A stretch of 64,000 nucleotides of DNA from Candidatus Melainabacteria bacterium 17Bon1m (GTDB lineage Bacteria; Cyanobacteriota; Vampirovibrionia; Obscuribacterales; Obscuribacteraceae). The notes under the pieces were generated by a model that saw only the letters and a program-made list of their open reading frames with translations, had not been told where the DNA came from and ran no database searches. The position numbers and the translations under genes were made by a program. Below are positions 48,294-57,974 of this stretch, one piece after another; positions within the stretch are counted from its first letter, which is position 1; each line of letters starts with the position of its first letter. Location: assembly GCA_032128875.1 (NCBI GenBank), contig JAVLKG010000003.1:449008-513007 (forward strand), given 5' to 3'.

Positions 48294-50078
48294 ATGGTCA
48301 TGCAGCTACAACGCCCGGTTGAAAACGCGGTCGTACCAAATTCTGAAGCCTTGGTGCTCGAACGAAATGACGGTTCGCCAAAGCTCGACGTTCTCACCTC
48401 CCTTCGCTTCTTCGCTGCGGCAAGTGTCTTCTTTCTTCACGCGCAGTCCATGGGTTTGGCTCATGTAGTGCCTGCCGGACCAGCGCATGTCTCTCTCTCT
48501 CATGGAGTTAGTTTCTTCTTCGCCCTTTCGGGATTTCTTTTGGCGTACCGATATCAAAATTTTGAAACGAAAAAATCGGTCATAGAGTACTTTGGCAACC
48601 GCATCGGTCGAATATTTCCCCTGTACTACCTGACTGCGATACCGTTTCTGGTTGTGCCGCAGCTTGCCTGTTTTACTCCTCGGCCCTGGGAGGATATTCC
48701 TCGTTATCTACTCGCCATCCAAGCTTGGCAGAGAGATCCGAATGCCGCTTGCTGCGTAAATCCAGTGGGGCAAAGCGTTTCGATTGAGATGTTTTTCTAT
48801 GCGTTTTTTCCACTCCTGTTTTTGTTCAAACGACGAAATCTGGCGTGGTTGTGCAGCACTCTGATTGTCGTTTTTTTCGTATCGCCCCACTTCATCATGG
48901 CGGCCGGTACATGTTTGAGCTACAGCCCGGTGTCGGGGCTAGTATTTTTTCTTGCAGGAATTGTTGGTCATGAGTGCTTCTCATACTGGAGAAAGCAAGT
49001 TCAACACCATCGGCTTCAAAGTGCTTTGCAAGGTTGGTTATTCACGACTGCTGAGGCTGTTGCTCTTGGTGTATGTATAGTGCTTTCATATTGGAATTCA
49101 ACGACCACGAGCAACGAAATTTTGCTATGCGGCAATCGAGTGTTGTTTTCTCTTTTTCTCTATGTCAGTTTGGCTTGCTCATTTGGAGCAATGATTTCGA
49201 TATTTGCATTCGGGCGCGGTGCAATCAGCAATTGTCTAAAAAGCCCGGTACTTGTCGGTTTGGGCGAAGCTAGTTATGCGCTGTTTCTAGTTCATTACGC
49301 CATACTCTTTCTGTTTAGGCCTTGGAGTCTTTCGCTTCAGCCTTCCAGTGCGCACAATCTATGTTGGCCTATACTGGCTCTGTGCATTACAATTTCGCTG
49401 CTTCTACATAAGTTGGTTGAAGCGCCATTGCGGAAAACAATTTCGGATTTGGTTCGTGAAAGCTTAATGAGTCGGCAAAGCGCACAGTCTTCATCAAAAG
49501 TACAACCAGTAGTTGGACAATCGACTGCACTAACCGCTGGTGAATATGTCAGAGAGTTAGGCGTGCGTTTCTTTCTGCCTGCCTTAGTAATTTCAACTAT
49601 CAACTTTTGGTTTCCACCGATCAAAGCATTTTATTTGTCGGTTGTTACGCCGCCAGCGCAGGAAGTTTGGAAGAAGATAGAACAGCCAGAAATTGCCGGC
49701 ACCAATAATGTTCGCTTTGGTGAGTCTGTCGTTCTTCTCGCTGCCAAGGCGGTCCCAAATGCCAAAGGTGTCTCTCTGCATACTCTGTGGAAAGCTCGTA
49801 CAAACATAAATGATCAAGTCGGTTTTCTGGCTACGCACCTGGTGGACAAGACCGGAAAAATTGTTCGCAACCTCGATCATCAGCTCGTACCAGCTGGAAC
49901 CTTCATTGCCAGAGATTCCTGCTGGGAGGATGTGGTGGAACTTCCATCGTTGGCGGGTGTGGATACATGCGGGCTGGCTTTGTATTATCCACAGAAGCAA
50001 ATCTGTGATGTCGTACAAGGTGGAAGAACTGACTTTGGCGGGCGTCGTCTCTTGGTGACGATTAGCCGGACTCCCTAA
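48294..50078 (+). CDS. Acyltransferase-3 (OafA-like O-acyltransferase) with an extra C-terminal soluble domain
   Basis: LTSLRFFAA..VFFLH, GVSFFFALSGF, RIGRIFP, SIEMFFY and LGEASYALFLVH; ORF open from 48240. Confidence 0.88.
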   Translation: MVMQLQRPVENAVVPNSEALVLERNDGSPKLDVLTSLRFFAAASVFFLHAQSMGLAHVVPAGPAHVSLSHGVSFFFALSGFLLAYRYQNFETKKSVIEYFGNRIGRIFPLYYLTAIPFLVVPQLACFTPRPWEDIPRYLLAIQAWQRDPNAACCVNPVGQSVSIEMFFYAFFPLLFLFKRRNLAWLCSTLIVVFFVSPHFIMAAGTCLSYSPVSGLVFFLAGIVGHECFSYWRKQVQHHRLQSALQGWLFTTAEAVALGVCIVLSYWNSTTTSNEILLCGNRVLFSLFLYVSLACSFGAMISIFAFGRGAISNCLKSPVLVGLGEASYALFLVHYAILFLFRPWSLSLQPSSAHNLCWPILALCITISLLLHKLVEAPLRKTISDLVRESLMSRQSAQSSSKVQPVVGQSTALTAGEYVRELGVRFFLPALVISTINFWFPPIKAFYLSVVTPPAQEVWKKIEQPEIAGTNNVRFGESVVLLAAKAVPNAKGVSLHTLWKARTNINDQVGFLATHLVDKTGKIVRNLDHQLVPAGTFIARDSCWEDVVELPSLAGVDTCGLALYYPQKQICDVVQGGRTDFGGRRLLVTISRTP

Positions 50079-52741
50079 TCAAAATAGACTTGTATTTCGT
50101 CAAGTCGCTTTTTGACAGACTCTTGTGAATGTCGAGCTTTTACCAGCGCGTGTGCTGCCACCGCTTTCTTGTGAGCGATATTTGTATTATCGAGCGCGAA
50201 CTGGACTGCTTTTGCGTGTGCATCAATGTCGTCGAAGTTTTCAATGAGCCAGCCTGTTTGGTCAGTGACAAACTCTGTAATTCCACCCACTGCTGGAGCC
50301 ACAAGTGGCAATCCGCAAGCTGCTGCTTCCAGCAATACAATTGGAATGCCATCGCTTGAGGTTGTGTATAAAAATACGCTGACATTTGTTTTGTCGATGG
50401 AATCAAAACTTGGATAGGCGCCGAAATATCGAATGTTTGGTGTTTCGTTTAGACCTTTTAGAAAAACATCGGTGTCCGATTGAGTTCCTGTTTCGGCTGA
50501 TCCATAGACCAAAAATTCAACTTGCGGAAGTTTCTTTGCCACCTCGATAAGGATGTCGGGTCGCTTAGTATCTACCAGGCGGCTTGCCCAAAGAACTTGT
50601 TTGCCGGTGCGTGCTTCGGGAACCCCATACTTGTCGAGCAAAGGTTCAAGATTGAGCGAAGAGTTATAGCAGCACTCCGTAGTTTTATCCGGCAGTCGCC
50701 TTTCATCCAACATGCTGATTGCCAGGTCTTTCAATTTTTGATTGTCTGTGATTACACAATGAGCCCAATTCGTCGGTCCACAGTGAGGAACCTCATTGAG
50801 AGGCGCCGGTCCACCGGGAATGTATGCCTCATATCCAAACAAGAAATTGACGAACAAACTTTTTTGCTCCAGCATGTCGCGATATCTAACCGCGGAATAC
50901 AAATAACTGTATGCGTTTGAGCAGTATGTAACCTTTGGACGTTTTTCCATTATGAATGCCGTAACCAGCATTCCGCGGTCATTGAAATCGAGATCTGCAA
51001 GTTTTATCACATCGATGTAGCGAGTTCCCTCGGGAAGCCAATCTATGCACGTGTTTTCTTCGTATTCGGTAAACAGAATTAACAGGTTTTCTTTGCCGAG
51101 TTTTTCCTGAAGGTATTGAATGTAATTGCAAGCAGCCCTTTCGGCACCGCCGCGAACAAGACCGGGAATGAGGAAAAGATGCGTGAACTGCTTGGACGAT
51201 AGGTCCAGAAGTTTATGAAAAGCAATAGAGAGCACATCTTCTTTAGCATTTAATTTAGCTGAAATCGCTGCGCGGGAAAAGGGCTGTTGGACAGTGGAAA
51301 CACTCGCGCGCACCTTTTGATCCAGAAGCAGATAATGAGCTAGAGGACCGCCGTGAGTTTTTTCCGACTCCGGGTATTGCTCGAGATAATGCCGTATGTC
51401 AAAAAACGGATGTGTGCTGCCATTTATAGACAAGGGGTTACGCGCATAGTGCGTGAGCAAATTCAGTCCTTTCTCGACAGCCTCTTGATTCTGTGCTGCG
51501 AACCAGTCGACCTGGAAGAGACTGTTTGGAGCCAAATTCGCCGCTTCGCCGTACTTTATGTAATGAAGGAGAGCATGCCTTTTGATGTCTTTCAAATATG
51601 GCGCTTGCTTCAAATATAAATCAGGATCGAATAACGGATGCGGACTCGTAAACTTGCCTGACTCGGAATGCAGGCAGTGTGCGAGGGGATCTGGCGTAGC
51701 AATAACTCTCTCTTCGTCAGGGAGTTGACGCAAATAATACTGAGCATCAAATAGAGGATGCACGTGTGCCTTCAGATTGTCCTTTTGCAGCAAATAGTGC
51801 AGCAGAGGATTGGTCTGTGTAAGGCGCAAATGCAAATTGTGCTGGAGATAATATTCTGAGTCGAATAAGTCGTTTGGTGCAAACCTGCCTGTATAGCCCC
51901 ACAGAAGAAAATGTTCTAAAGGCGTACAACTCGCCTGTCTTGCTTCTTGATACTTGTGCAAGTAATCGAGCGTATTGAAGTATGGATGTGGATCGAGCGA
52001 CCTGCTTGCTTGCGTGACATAGTGTCGCAACGGATTGGTTTTTGCAAAGGCATCGCGTCCTTCGCCACTCTTTTCCATGTAGAAAGACGCATCAAACAAA
52101 GGATGCGGGTTGTACGCTTCCTTGCCCGTCGAGCGAATATAGTGCAAAAGTGGTGCTACGTCTTCGGGACAGTCGAGATCTGGATTTGACGTTAGGAAAT
52201 AGGTCACGTCAAACAATCTGTGAGGACTGAGTTTTTGTCCTTTTGCCAGATAGTGACCAATTGGTCCGAAGGGAAAATACTGCGCTTCTGGCGCCTGAGC
52301 TAAATAATAGTGAAGGTCGAAAAGTCCACTGTCTGCTATTTCTTCGATTTTGGAATCGAATGCTTCTCCGGACTTGCGATTGATATTTCCATTCTGAACA
52401 TAACTTTCAGCCGTGACGTATTGAAATACGTGCGGAAGACGAACTCTAAAGTATGCCCACGCGCAAAGAGTTGCTGGAAAGGCCAAAGCGCGTTTTACCC
52501 AGACGTTTTTTAGCGCGGCTGAACAAACAGGCTTTAGAGCGCTGGCTCCAGTGGCATCCAGCAGTCGGCTTAAACCTATGAAAGGACGTGTCAGGGTGCG
52601 CAGGTCCGCATGAATCTGATCGAGTTCTTTTCGAACGCTTTGATATTCGAAAAGCAACAGCTCGTATTTTGATTTCGCCGGCAGCGTTTCTTCTTCTTGC
52701 CCGTCAGCAACAGGCGTGGATGATGTTGTCTCTTGGTTCAT
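50075..52741 (-). CDS. GT4-family glycosyltransferase with N-terminal FDxxYY/HY repeats
   Basis: RGGAER, WASRL..TKRP and DGIPIVLLEAAACGLPLVAPAVGGITE; nine N-terminal repeats. Confidence 0.88.
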   Translation of the reverse strand: MNQETTSSTPVADGQEEETLPAKSKYELLLFEYQSVRKELDQIHADLRTLTRPFIGLSRLLDATGASALKPVCSAALKNVWVKRALAFPATLCAWAYFRVRLPHVFQYVTAESYVQNGNINRKSGEAFDSKIEEIADSGLFDLHYYLAQAPEAQYFPFGPIGHYLAKGQKLSPHRLFDVTYFLTSNPDLDCPEDVAPLLHYIRSTGKEAYNPHPLFDASFYMEKSGEGRDAFAKTNPLRHYVTQASRSLDPHPYFNTLDYLHKYQEARQASCTPLEHFLLWGYTGRFAPNDLFDSEYYLQHNLHLRLTQTNPLLHYLLQKDNLKAHVHPLFDAQYYLRQLPDEERVIATPDPLAHCLHSESGKFTSPHPLFDPDLYLKQAPYLKDIKRHALLHYIKYGEAANLAPNSLFQVDWFAAQNQEAVEKGLNLLTHYARNPLSINGSTHPFFDIRHYLEQYPESEKTHGGPLAHYLLLDQKVRASVSTVQQPFSRAAISAKLNAKEDVLSIAFHKLLDLSSKQFTHLFLIPGLVRGGAERAACNYIQYLQEKLGKENLLILFTEYEENTCIDWLPEGTRYIDVIKLADLDFNDRGMLVTAFIMEKRPKVTYCSNAYSYLYSAVRYRDMLEQKSLFVNFLFGYEAYIPGGPAPLNEVPHCGPTNWAHCVITDNQKLKDLAISMLDERRLPDKTTECCYNSSLNLEPLLDKYGVPEARTGKQVLWASRLVDTKRPDILIEVAKKLPQVEFLVYGSAETGTQSDTDVFLKGLNETPNIRYFGAYPSFDSIDKTNVSVFLYTTSSDGIPIVLLEAAACGLPLVAPAVGGITEFVTDQTGWLIENFDDIDAHAKAVQFALDNTNIAHKKAVAAHALVKARHSQESVKKRLDEIQVYFD
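51318..52327 (-). repeat. Nine degenerate ~38-aa protein repeats
   Basis: Consensus LFDxxYYLxxxP...PLxHY...xPHP, visible in the translation. Confidence 0.8.
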
Positions 52742-52826
52742 CTTTTTGAGAATGTTTGGCTCACGATGATGAGAATACCAACCAAATAATTGCAGTAATA
52801 GTGAATGAACTTAAGCAAAATTTCCT

Positions 52827-53852
52827 TTGCCAGCCAATTCTTACCGGTTTGGACTCCTGAATTTTGCATTACAATCGGCTCTGCCTTCACCGCCCCCTGA
52901 CGCAAAAGTGCCAAAACGTCCGCTGGTAACCGTTGTTACACCCACATTCAATCGCGAAGCCTTGCTTGGCGAAACGATTGAATCAATTTTGAACCAGGAT
53001 TTTGGAGAGTTTGAATATATTGTTATCGATGATGGGTCGACAGACGAAACGGCAAAATTGGTAACTAAATTCGGCGACAGAATCAAATACGTCTACCAAG
53101 AGAATCAGGGTGAGCGTGCGGCTGTAAACGCTGGCTGGGCAATGGCGTCCGGCGACTACTTTGCCATGGTGAGTTCTGATGACTTGATGCGCCCGAAATG
53201 GCTGTCCACTTGTATTGACTTTATGGAGGCAAATCCGCAAATTTTGGCAGCTTACCCTGACTGGACGATTATCGATAAATTGTCACAGCCGGTGCAGGAT
53301 GTAACTACATTCGACTATTCTATGAAGAATATGATCTCCTGGTTTCACGCATTTCCCGGTCCAGGAGCCATAATTCGGCGTTCTGCTGTGCAGCAATTCG
53401 TCCCTCTGCGAGAACAGAATTTGGTTTATTGTTCCGACATGTTGATGTGGTTTCGTCTGGCCTTGCACGGGGAATTTGCTCGCGTTCCACAGCTTCTTGC
53501 TACCTGGAGGCAGCATGGAGAATCGATAACCGTGAAAGGTTGCACTCTGGACAGAGCAAACGAGCTTGTCAGGATGGCTGGTAAATTTTTCCTAACCCCT
53601 GGGCTTTCGAATGAAGTTCTAGAGCTGAAGCCGCATAGCCTGGGCCGCGCATATGCTGTTGCGGCGGTCTTGACGAAGGATTCGCATCCGTATTGGTCGT
53701 TTTACTTCAGTCAGCGCATGGAAGCGCTTAAATGTTGGGATGAGGAGAATTTGCCGCTTGGGATTCGCATGGGAAAATTTGTCGACTTAAAAGGGTTGTT
53801 GCAGCGCAACATTTTTGTACGCTCAGATTGTCCGCACTTTCACAAAATCTAA
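52827..53852 (+). CDS. GT2-family glycosyltransferase
   Basis: VTVVTPTFN, IESILNQ, IDDGSTD, ENQG and SSDD. Confidence 0.92.
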   Translation: MPANSYRFGLLNFALQSALPSPPPDAKVPKRPLVTVVTPTFNREALLGETIESILNQDFGEFEYIVIDDGSTDETAKLVTKFGDRIKYVYQENQGERAAVNAGWAMASGDYFAMVSSDDLMRPKWLSTCIDFMEANPQILAAYPDWTIIDKLSQPVQDVTTFDYSMKNMISWFHAFPGPGAIIRRSAVQQFVPLREQNLVYCSDMLMWFRLALHGEFARVPQLLATWRQHGESITVKGCTLDRANELVRMAGKFFLTPGLSNEVLELKPHSLGRAYAVAAVLTKDSHPYWSFYFSQRMEALKCWDEENLPLGIRMGKFVDLKGLLQRNIFVRSDCPHFHKI

Positions 53853-53948
53853 ACTAAAACTTCCGTCAGCCGGGTACTTGAGAAAAACTAGACACAAAGC
53901 GTGTTTCTTTCGATAGTATTGAGCTTCTTTCAATCAAAAGCTAACCGA

Positions 53949-55052
53949 ATGGAAATTCTCATCACCGGCGGTACAGGGTTCGTCAGCTCTCACCTTGTTG
54001 CAGCGCTCTTAAAGGCTGGACATCGTGTGACAAGCTTTTCGCGTTCTGGCGAATTTGCATATTCGCTCTGTGACGATGCTCCGGTAGAAAACTTGCGCAT
54101 CGTTTGCGGTGATATTTCTAATCGATTGCTGCTTGCCGATTTAATGAAGGACGCTGAGGTCCTCATTCATAACGCTAGTGCAGTCGGCGCTCAAGGTATT
54201 CTTCGATCAAGCGATGAATACATTGACACCAATATTGGTGGCACTACCGGACTGTCGGAAATTTTGGCGAATAGTCCTCACAAGATCAAACATGTAATTC
54301 TCGGATCTTCTATCAGCGTCTATGGTGAAGGGAGTTACAATTGCGAAAAGTGTGGGTTGGTGCGTCCTGCTGTAAGGCGACGCAATAGTTGGAACAGTGA
54401 TGCTGGATGGAATCCGTCCTGCCCTAGTTGCCATGGCGTTGTTACTCCGACCGACACTAGAGAGGACGCCGCCAGAAACGGAGAGCATCTCTACGCGACG
54501 ACTAAAAAGTGCCAGGAAGATTTGCTTTCTTTGGCTGCAAACAGCGCTGAAATTCCGTTGACGATTTTTCGCTATGCAACTATTTACGGACCGGGTCAAA
54601 GACAGCGAAATCCATACATGCAAATGTTGGCAAAAATAGCGGACGGCAAGTCACCGGAAATCTCAGAAGACGGAAAACAGACTCGCGACTTTGTCTATGT
54701 TAGCGACGTTGTTGCTGTAAATTTATTGGCTCTGGAATCAACGTCTGCTTCTGTTCGTGTATTCAACATCGGCTCCGACCGCCCTACTTGCCTGAGAGAC
54801 TTTGTCTGTAATTTTTCCACTACGTGGGCGCGACTCAATGCAAGCGATGTGGTTGAACCGGTTGTGATGGAAACTCTCACTCCTGGGGACATTCGACATT
54901 GTAATGTTAATAGCAACTTGGCTGCAGAAGCGCTGGGATATCGCGCGCAAGTTTCGATGCAAGAGGGAATCGAACGGTTGTTGTCTTGGTACTCATCGCA
55001 AATCGATTCTGGCGCCGAGGCAATAACCTCGATGTTGAAGGTTCATAGGTAG
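53949..55052 (+). CDS. NAD-dependent sugar-nucleotide epimerase/dehydratase with a CxxC...CxxC insert
   Basis: ILITGGTGFV, SSISVYGEG, YATTK, IYGPGQ, TRDFVYV and GDIRH; CEKC and CPSC. Confidence 0.9.
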   Translation: MEILITGGTGFVSSHLVAALLKAGHRVTSFSRSGEFAYSLCDDAPVENLRIVCGDISNRLLLADLMKDAEVLIHNASAVGAQGILRSSDEYIDTNIGGTTGLSEILANSPHKIKHVILGSSISVYGEGSYNCEKCGLVRPAVRRRNSWNSDAGWNPSCPSCHGVVTPTDTREDAARNGEHLYATTKKCQEDLLSLAANSAEIPLTIFRYATIYGPGQRQRNPYMQMLAKIADGKSPEISEDGKQTRDFVYVSDVVAVNLLALESTSASVRVFNIGSDRPTCLRDFVCNFSTTWARLNASDVVEPVVMETLTPGDIRHCNVNSNLAAEALGYRAQVSMQEGIERLLSWYSSQIDSGAEAITSMLKVHR

Positions 55053-55067
55053 AGTGAAACTATTAGT

Positions 55068-56123
55068 ATGACTACTTCAACAATTGGCAAAGACGAACTG
55101 AAGAATGAGGGGGCAGAGCCCACATTTATATCTTCTTCTGAGGATAAATCTGCGCCTGTCGATCGCAATCGTGTGCTTGCTACAAGATTCACTTATGCTT
55201 TTACTCTCGTCGTTTCAATTCTCTTTCTCGTCAAATCCTCTGACAAGGCGTTTCTTGATGAGTGTGTTCGAATTTGCCAGAACATTCCAAATGTGGTGCA
55301 AGTCACTTGCGGCACAGAGCTAATCTTCAGCCCACTGTTCTTTATGGCATTGGGAATAACTTATGTTCTGGAAAAGTATATTCCGGCTCGCGAAGGTGGA
55401 GGAACATTCTCCCGCACTGCTTATTTAGATTCACAGTGGGCTGTTCCAAAGTTCTTGATATTCAGCAGCAGCTGGCTTTTGTACATTGCATTGCTGCGTG
55501 CTTTCTACAATCAGTATCTCGGATTTTTAACTATTCACGCTGTCGATAGTTGGCCGGAGTGGGCGAAGTTGGCAGTTGGTTTTGTTTGGACTGATTTCTT
55601 GAGATATATTTCGCACTACGCAAGACACAAGATTCAGACGTTTTGGACATTTCATGCTGTTCATCACAGTCAGAAAAATCTGAATTTCTTTACTGAATGG
55701 CGCAGCCACATCTTCGATGATGTCCTCAAATACACAATTGAAGCCATCCCACTTTTTATGCTTGACCAAAGTTTTGTTCAAGTCTTGTTTCTTAATAGAG
55801 CAATGTATTGGTACTCAGCGATTTATCACGGTAATATTCGCAGTAATTATGGTTGGCTTAAACATTTTCTGGTAACTCCTCAATACCATAGGTTGCACCA
55901 TTCAATACATCCGCATCATCGTGATTGCAATTTCGGTCTGGTTTTGACGGTGTGGGATCGAATGTTTGGAACCATGTACAAGAATCTCGACGAATTTCCA
56001 GGCACTGGAACAGAAGATGAATTCTTTCCCTACGATGAGGAAGAATCATCCAAAAGCTACTACTCGAGAACATTCTTCGAGCAGTTCTTCTATCCATTTA
56101 AGCTCCCAAGGATTCGTTCCTGA
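55068..56123 (+). CDS. Sterol desaturase / fatty acid hydroxylase family protein
   Basis: His boxes SHYARH, FHAVHHS, YHGN and HRLHHS; NFG..LTVWDRMFGT. Confidence 0.9.
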   Translation: MTTSTIGKDELKNEGAEPTFISSSEDKSAPVDRNRVLATRFTYAFTLVVSILFLVKSSDKAFLDECVRICQNIPNVVQVTCGTELIFSPLFFMALGITYVLEKYIPAREGGGTFSRTAYLDSQWAVPKFLIFSSSWLLYIALLRAFYNQYLGFLTIHAVDSWPEWAKLAVGFVWTDFLRYISHYARHKIQTFWTFHAVHHSQKNLNFFTEWRSHIFDDVLKYTIEAIPLFMLDQSFVQVLFLNRAMYWYSAIYHGNIRSNYGWLKHFLVTPQYHRLHHSIHPHHRDCNFGLVLTVWDRMFGTMYKNLDEFPGTGTEDEFFPYDEEESSKSYYSRTFFEQFFYPFKLPRIRS

Positions 56124-56142
56124 GGGGAGGCAAGTTATTTCG

Positions 56143-57915
56143 GTGACGATGCTACTTCAGGAAAAGCAACTTCTTAAAGATGACCGTGCAGACGGGTTTT
56201 CAGCAACTGTCGCGGAGTCTGATTCGAAGCACCCTGCTTCAGAACTCAGAAACCTTGATGCACTTACTTCGTTGCGGTTTTTTGCAGCCCTATTTGTTTT
56301 CCTGGCTCATGCGCACACAAGTGGTCTTCTCCACCTTGTTGCGACAAAGCGGGAGATGCATGCTTTCAGCGAGTCAGTTTGTTTTTTCTTCGTGCTCTCG
56401 GGTTTTGTACTTGCATACCGCTATAGAAATATGGATGGTTGGAAGAGTGTGTTGCAGTATTTTGGCAATAGACTGGCGCGCATCGCCCCGCTCTACTATT
56501 TGGCGGGTTTGACTTGCTTGGCCGTGCCGTGTCTTCTTCACTTTGCTGTGCCATCCAACGTATCTTTGTTTGCTTATCTATTCGCTTTGCAGGATTGGTT
56601 TACCACTGCTGAGGTTGGTTGGTTTATAAATCCACCGGCGCACAGTGTTTCTTCAGAAACCTTCTTCTATTTTGTCTTTCCATTACTGTTTTTGTTTGGC
56701 AGAGGGCGCCTAGCTATAACCGCATGCGCAGTCGTAGTCGCAGTGACGCTGACCTATCACTTCTGCGGTTTGAGCAGCAATCCGAAGAGTATGCAACCAA
56801 TTCTTGGTCTTGCATTCTTTTCCGGTGGCGTAGCGGTATTCGAATTGTATAAGCAGTTTGGAAATTCTCTGCGCCAGTTTGCTCACAAAGGTTTGCTGCC
56901 CCGATGCCTTTTCACTGTCGCGGAAATTGCTGTGCTGTTCTTTTGTGCCGATGTTGCCCTGCGCGTAGTTAACCAAGATTATTGGTTGATGGGACGCATA
57001 TTCTCTGGTGGTCCGCTTTTTGAATTGGCAACCTTGGCGGCTTTTGCTGCCTGCACCTTCGTTTTTGCGCTGGAAGCCGGTGCGGTAAGTCGAATTCTCA
57101 AAACGAGACCCCTGGTGGCTCTTGGTCATGCTTCTTATGCGCTGTTTTTGACGCACTACAGCATCATAATCTTGTTTAACTTGCTTCTAAAACCGCATTG
57201 TCCGCCACACTTGCAGGCACTGCTCGGGTGGCCTTGTCTGGCAGTTTCAATCGTTTTATCTCTATTCTTACGCCGGCATATTGAAGAACCATGCAGAGAG
57301 TTGCTGTCTGAGCTGACATTCAATTGGTTGAATGCGCGCTCGGAAAACCTCATCCGAACAAAAATGCCGTATTCGACAATTTGGAGAGGTCTATGTATTC
57401 ATTTATTTCTGCCCGCAATTGTTGTTCTATCGATTCTTCCTTGCTCTCAATTGTTATCTCACTGGTCTGCAGTGTTCAATACCAAAAATCAGTACCAACA
57501 GTGGAAATCGCTTAAACAGCCAATTGTCACTGGTAGTGCAAATATTCAGTTTGGAGATGAGGTCGAACTTCTCGGCGCGAAGATTGTTGCGGAAGAAGGC
57601 AAAACTTATTTGAAGACGATCTGGACATTGCGTCAAGACGTGAAACAGGAAGTTGGATTTTTAGCGACACATTTATTGGATTCGCGCAGGCAAATTGTGA
57701 AAAACCTCGATCATCCTCTTCTGCCGAGCGTATCCTCTACTTCTAAAGAGTCTATCTGGCAAGATGTCGTTGAAATTCCTCGTTTGCCTAATGTACGTGA
57801 ATTGGGGTTGGCTTTGTACGATCCAAAGGTAAAAATATGTGCTCCTGTTAAGGGTGGAAATACCGACTGGAACGGTCGTCGACTTGTAATTCCATTGAAT
57901 GAAACATTGAAATAA
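56143..57915 (+). CDS. Acyltransferase-3, paralogue of 48294-50078
   Basis: LTSLRFFAALFVFLAH, FFFVLSGF, RLARIAP and LGHASYALFLTH; same C-terminal domain; GGGAGG RBS before GTG 56143 / ATG 56149. Confidence 0.88.
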   Translation: MTMLLQEKQLLKDDRADGFSATVAESDSKHPASELRNLDALTSLRFFAALFVFLAHAHTSGLLHLVATKREMHAFSESVCFFFVLSGFVLAYRYRNMDGWKSVLQYFGNRLARIAPLYYLAGLTCLAVPCLLHFAVPSNVSLFAYLFALQDWFTTAEVGWFINPPAHSVSSETFFYFVFPLLFLFGRGRLAITACAVVVAVTLTYHFCGLSSNPKSMQPILGLAFFSGGVAVFELYKQFGNSLRQFAHKGLLPRCLFTVAEIAVLFFCADVALRVVNQDYWLMGRIFSGGPLFELATLAAFAACTFVFALEAGAVSRILKTRPLVALGHASYALFLTHYSIIILFNLLLKPHCPPHLQALLGWPCLAVSIVLSLFLRRHIEEPCRELLSELTFNWLNARSENLIRTKMPYSTIWRGLCIHLFLPAIVVLSILPCSQLLSHWSAVFNTKNQYQQWKSLKQPIVTGSANIQFGDEVELLGAKIVAEEGKTYLKTIWTLRQDVKQEVGFLATHLLDSRRQIVKNLDHPLLPSVSSTSKESIWQDVVEIPRLPNVRELGLALYDPKVKICAPVKGGNTDWNGRRLVIPLNETLK

Positions 57916-57960
57916 AGGAAACCCGTGCTGTTCCAACCACGGCAGCACGGGTCCCTTTTT
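57913..57960. terminator. Probable bidirectional intrinsic terminator
   Basis: ACCCGTGCTG/CAGCACGGGT 10-bp stem (57921-57952) with an A-rich left flank and TTTTT right flank, between convergent genes. Confidence 0.75.
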
Positions 57961-57974
57961 CAAAGCAACTTTTG

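Noticed and set aside
55966-56142. N-terminal extension of the second acyltransferase overlapping the desaturase-family gene
   Set aside because: 158-nt overlap, absent from the paralogue, and a good RBS precedes 56143/56149
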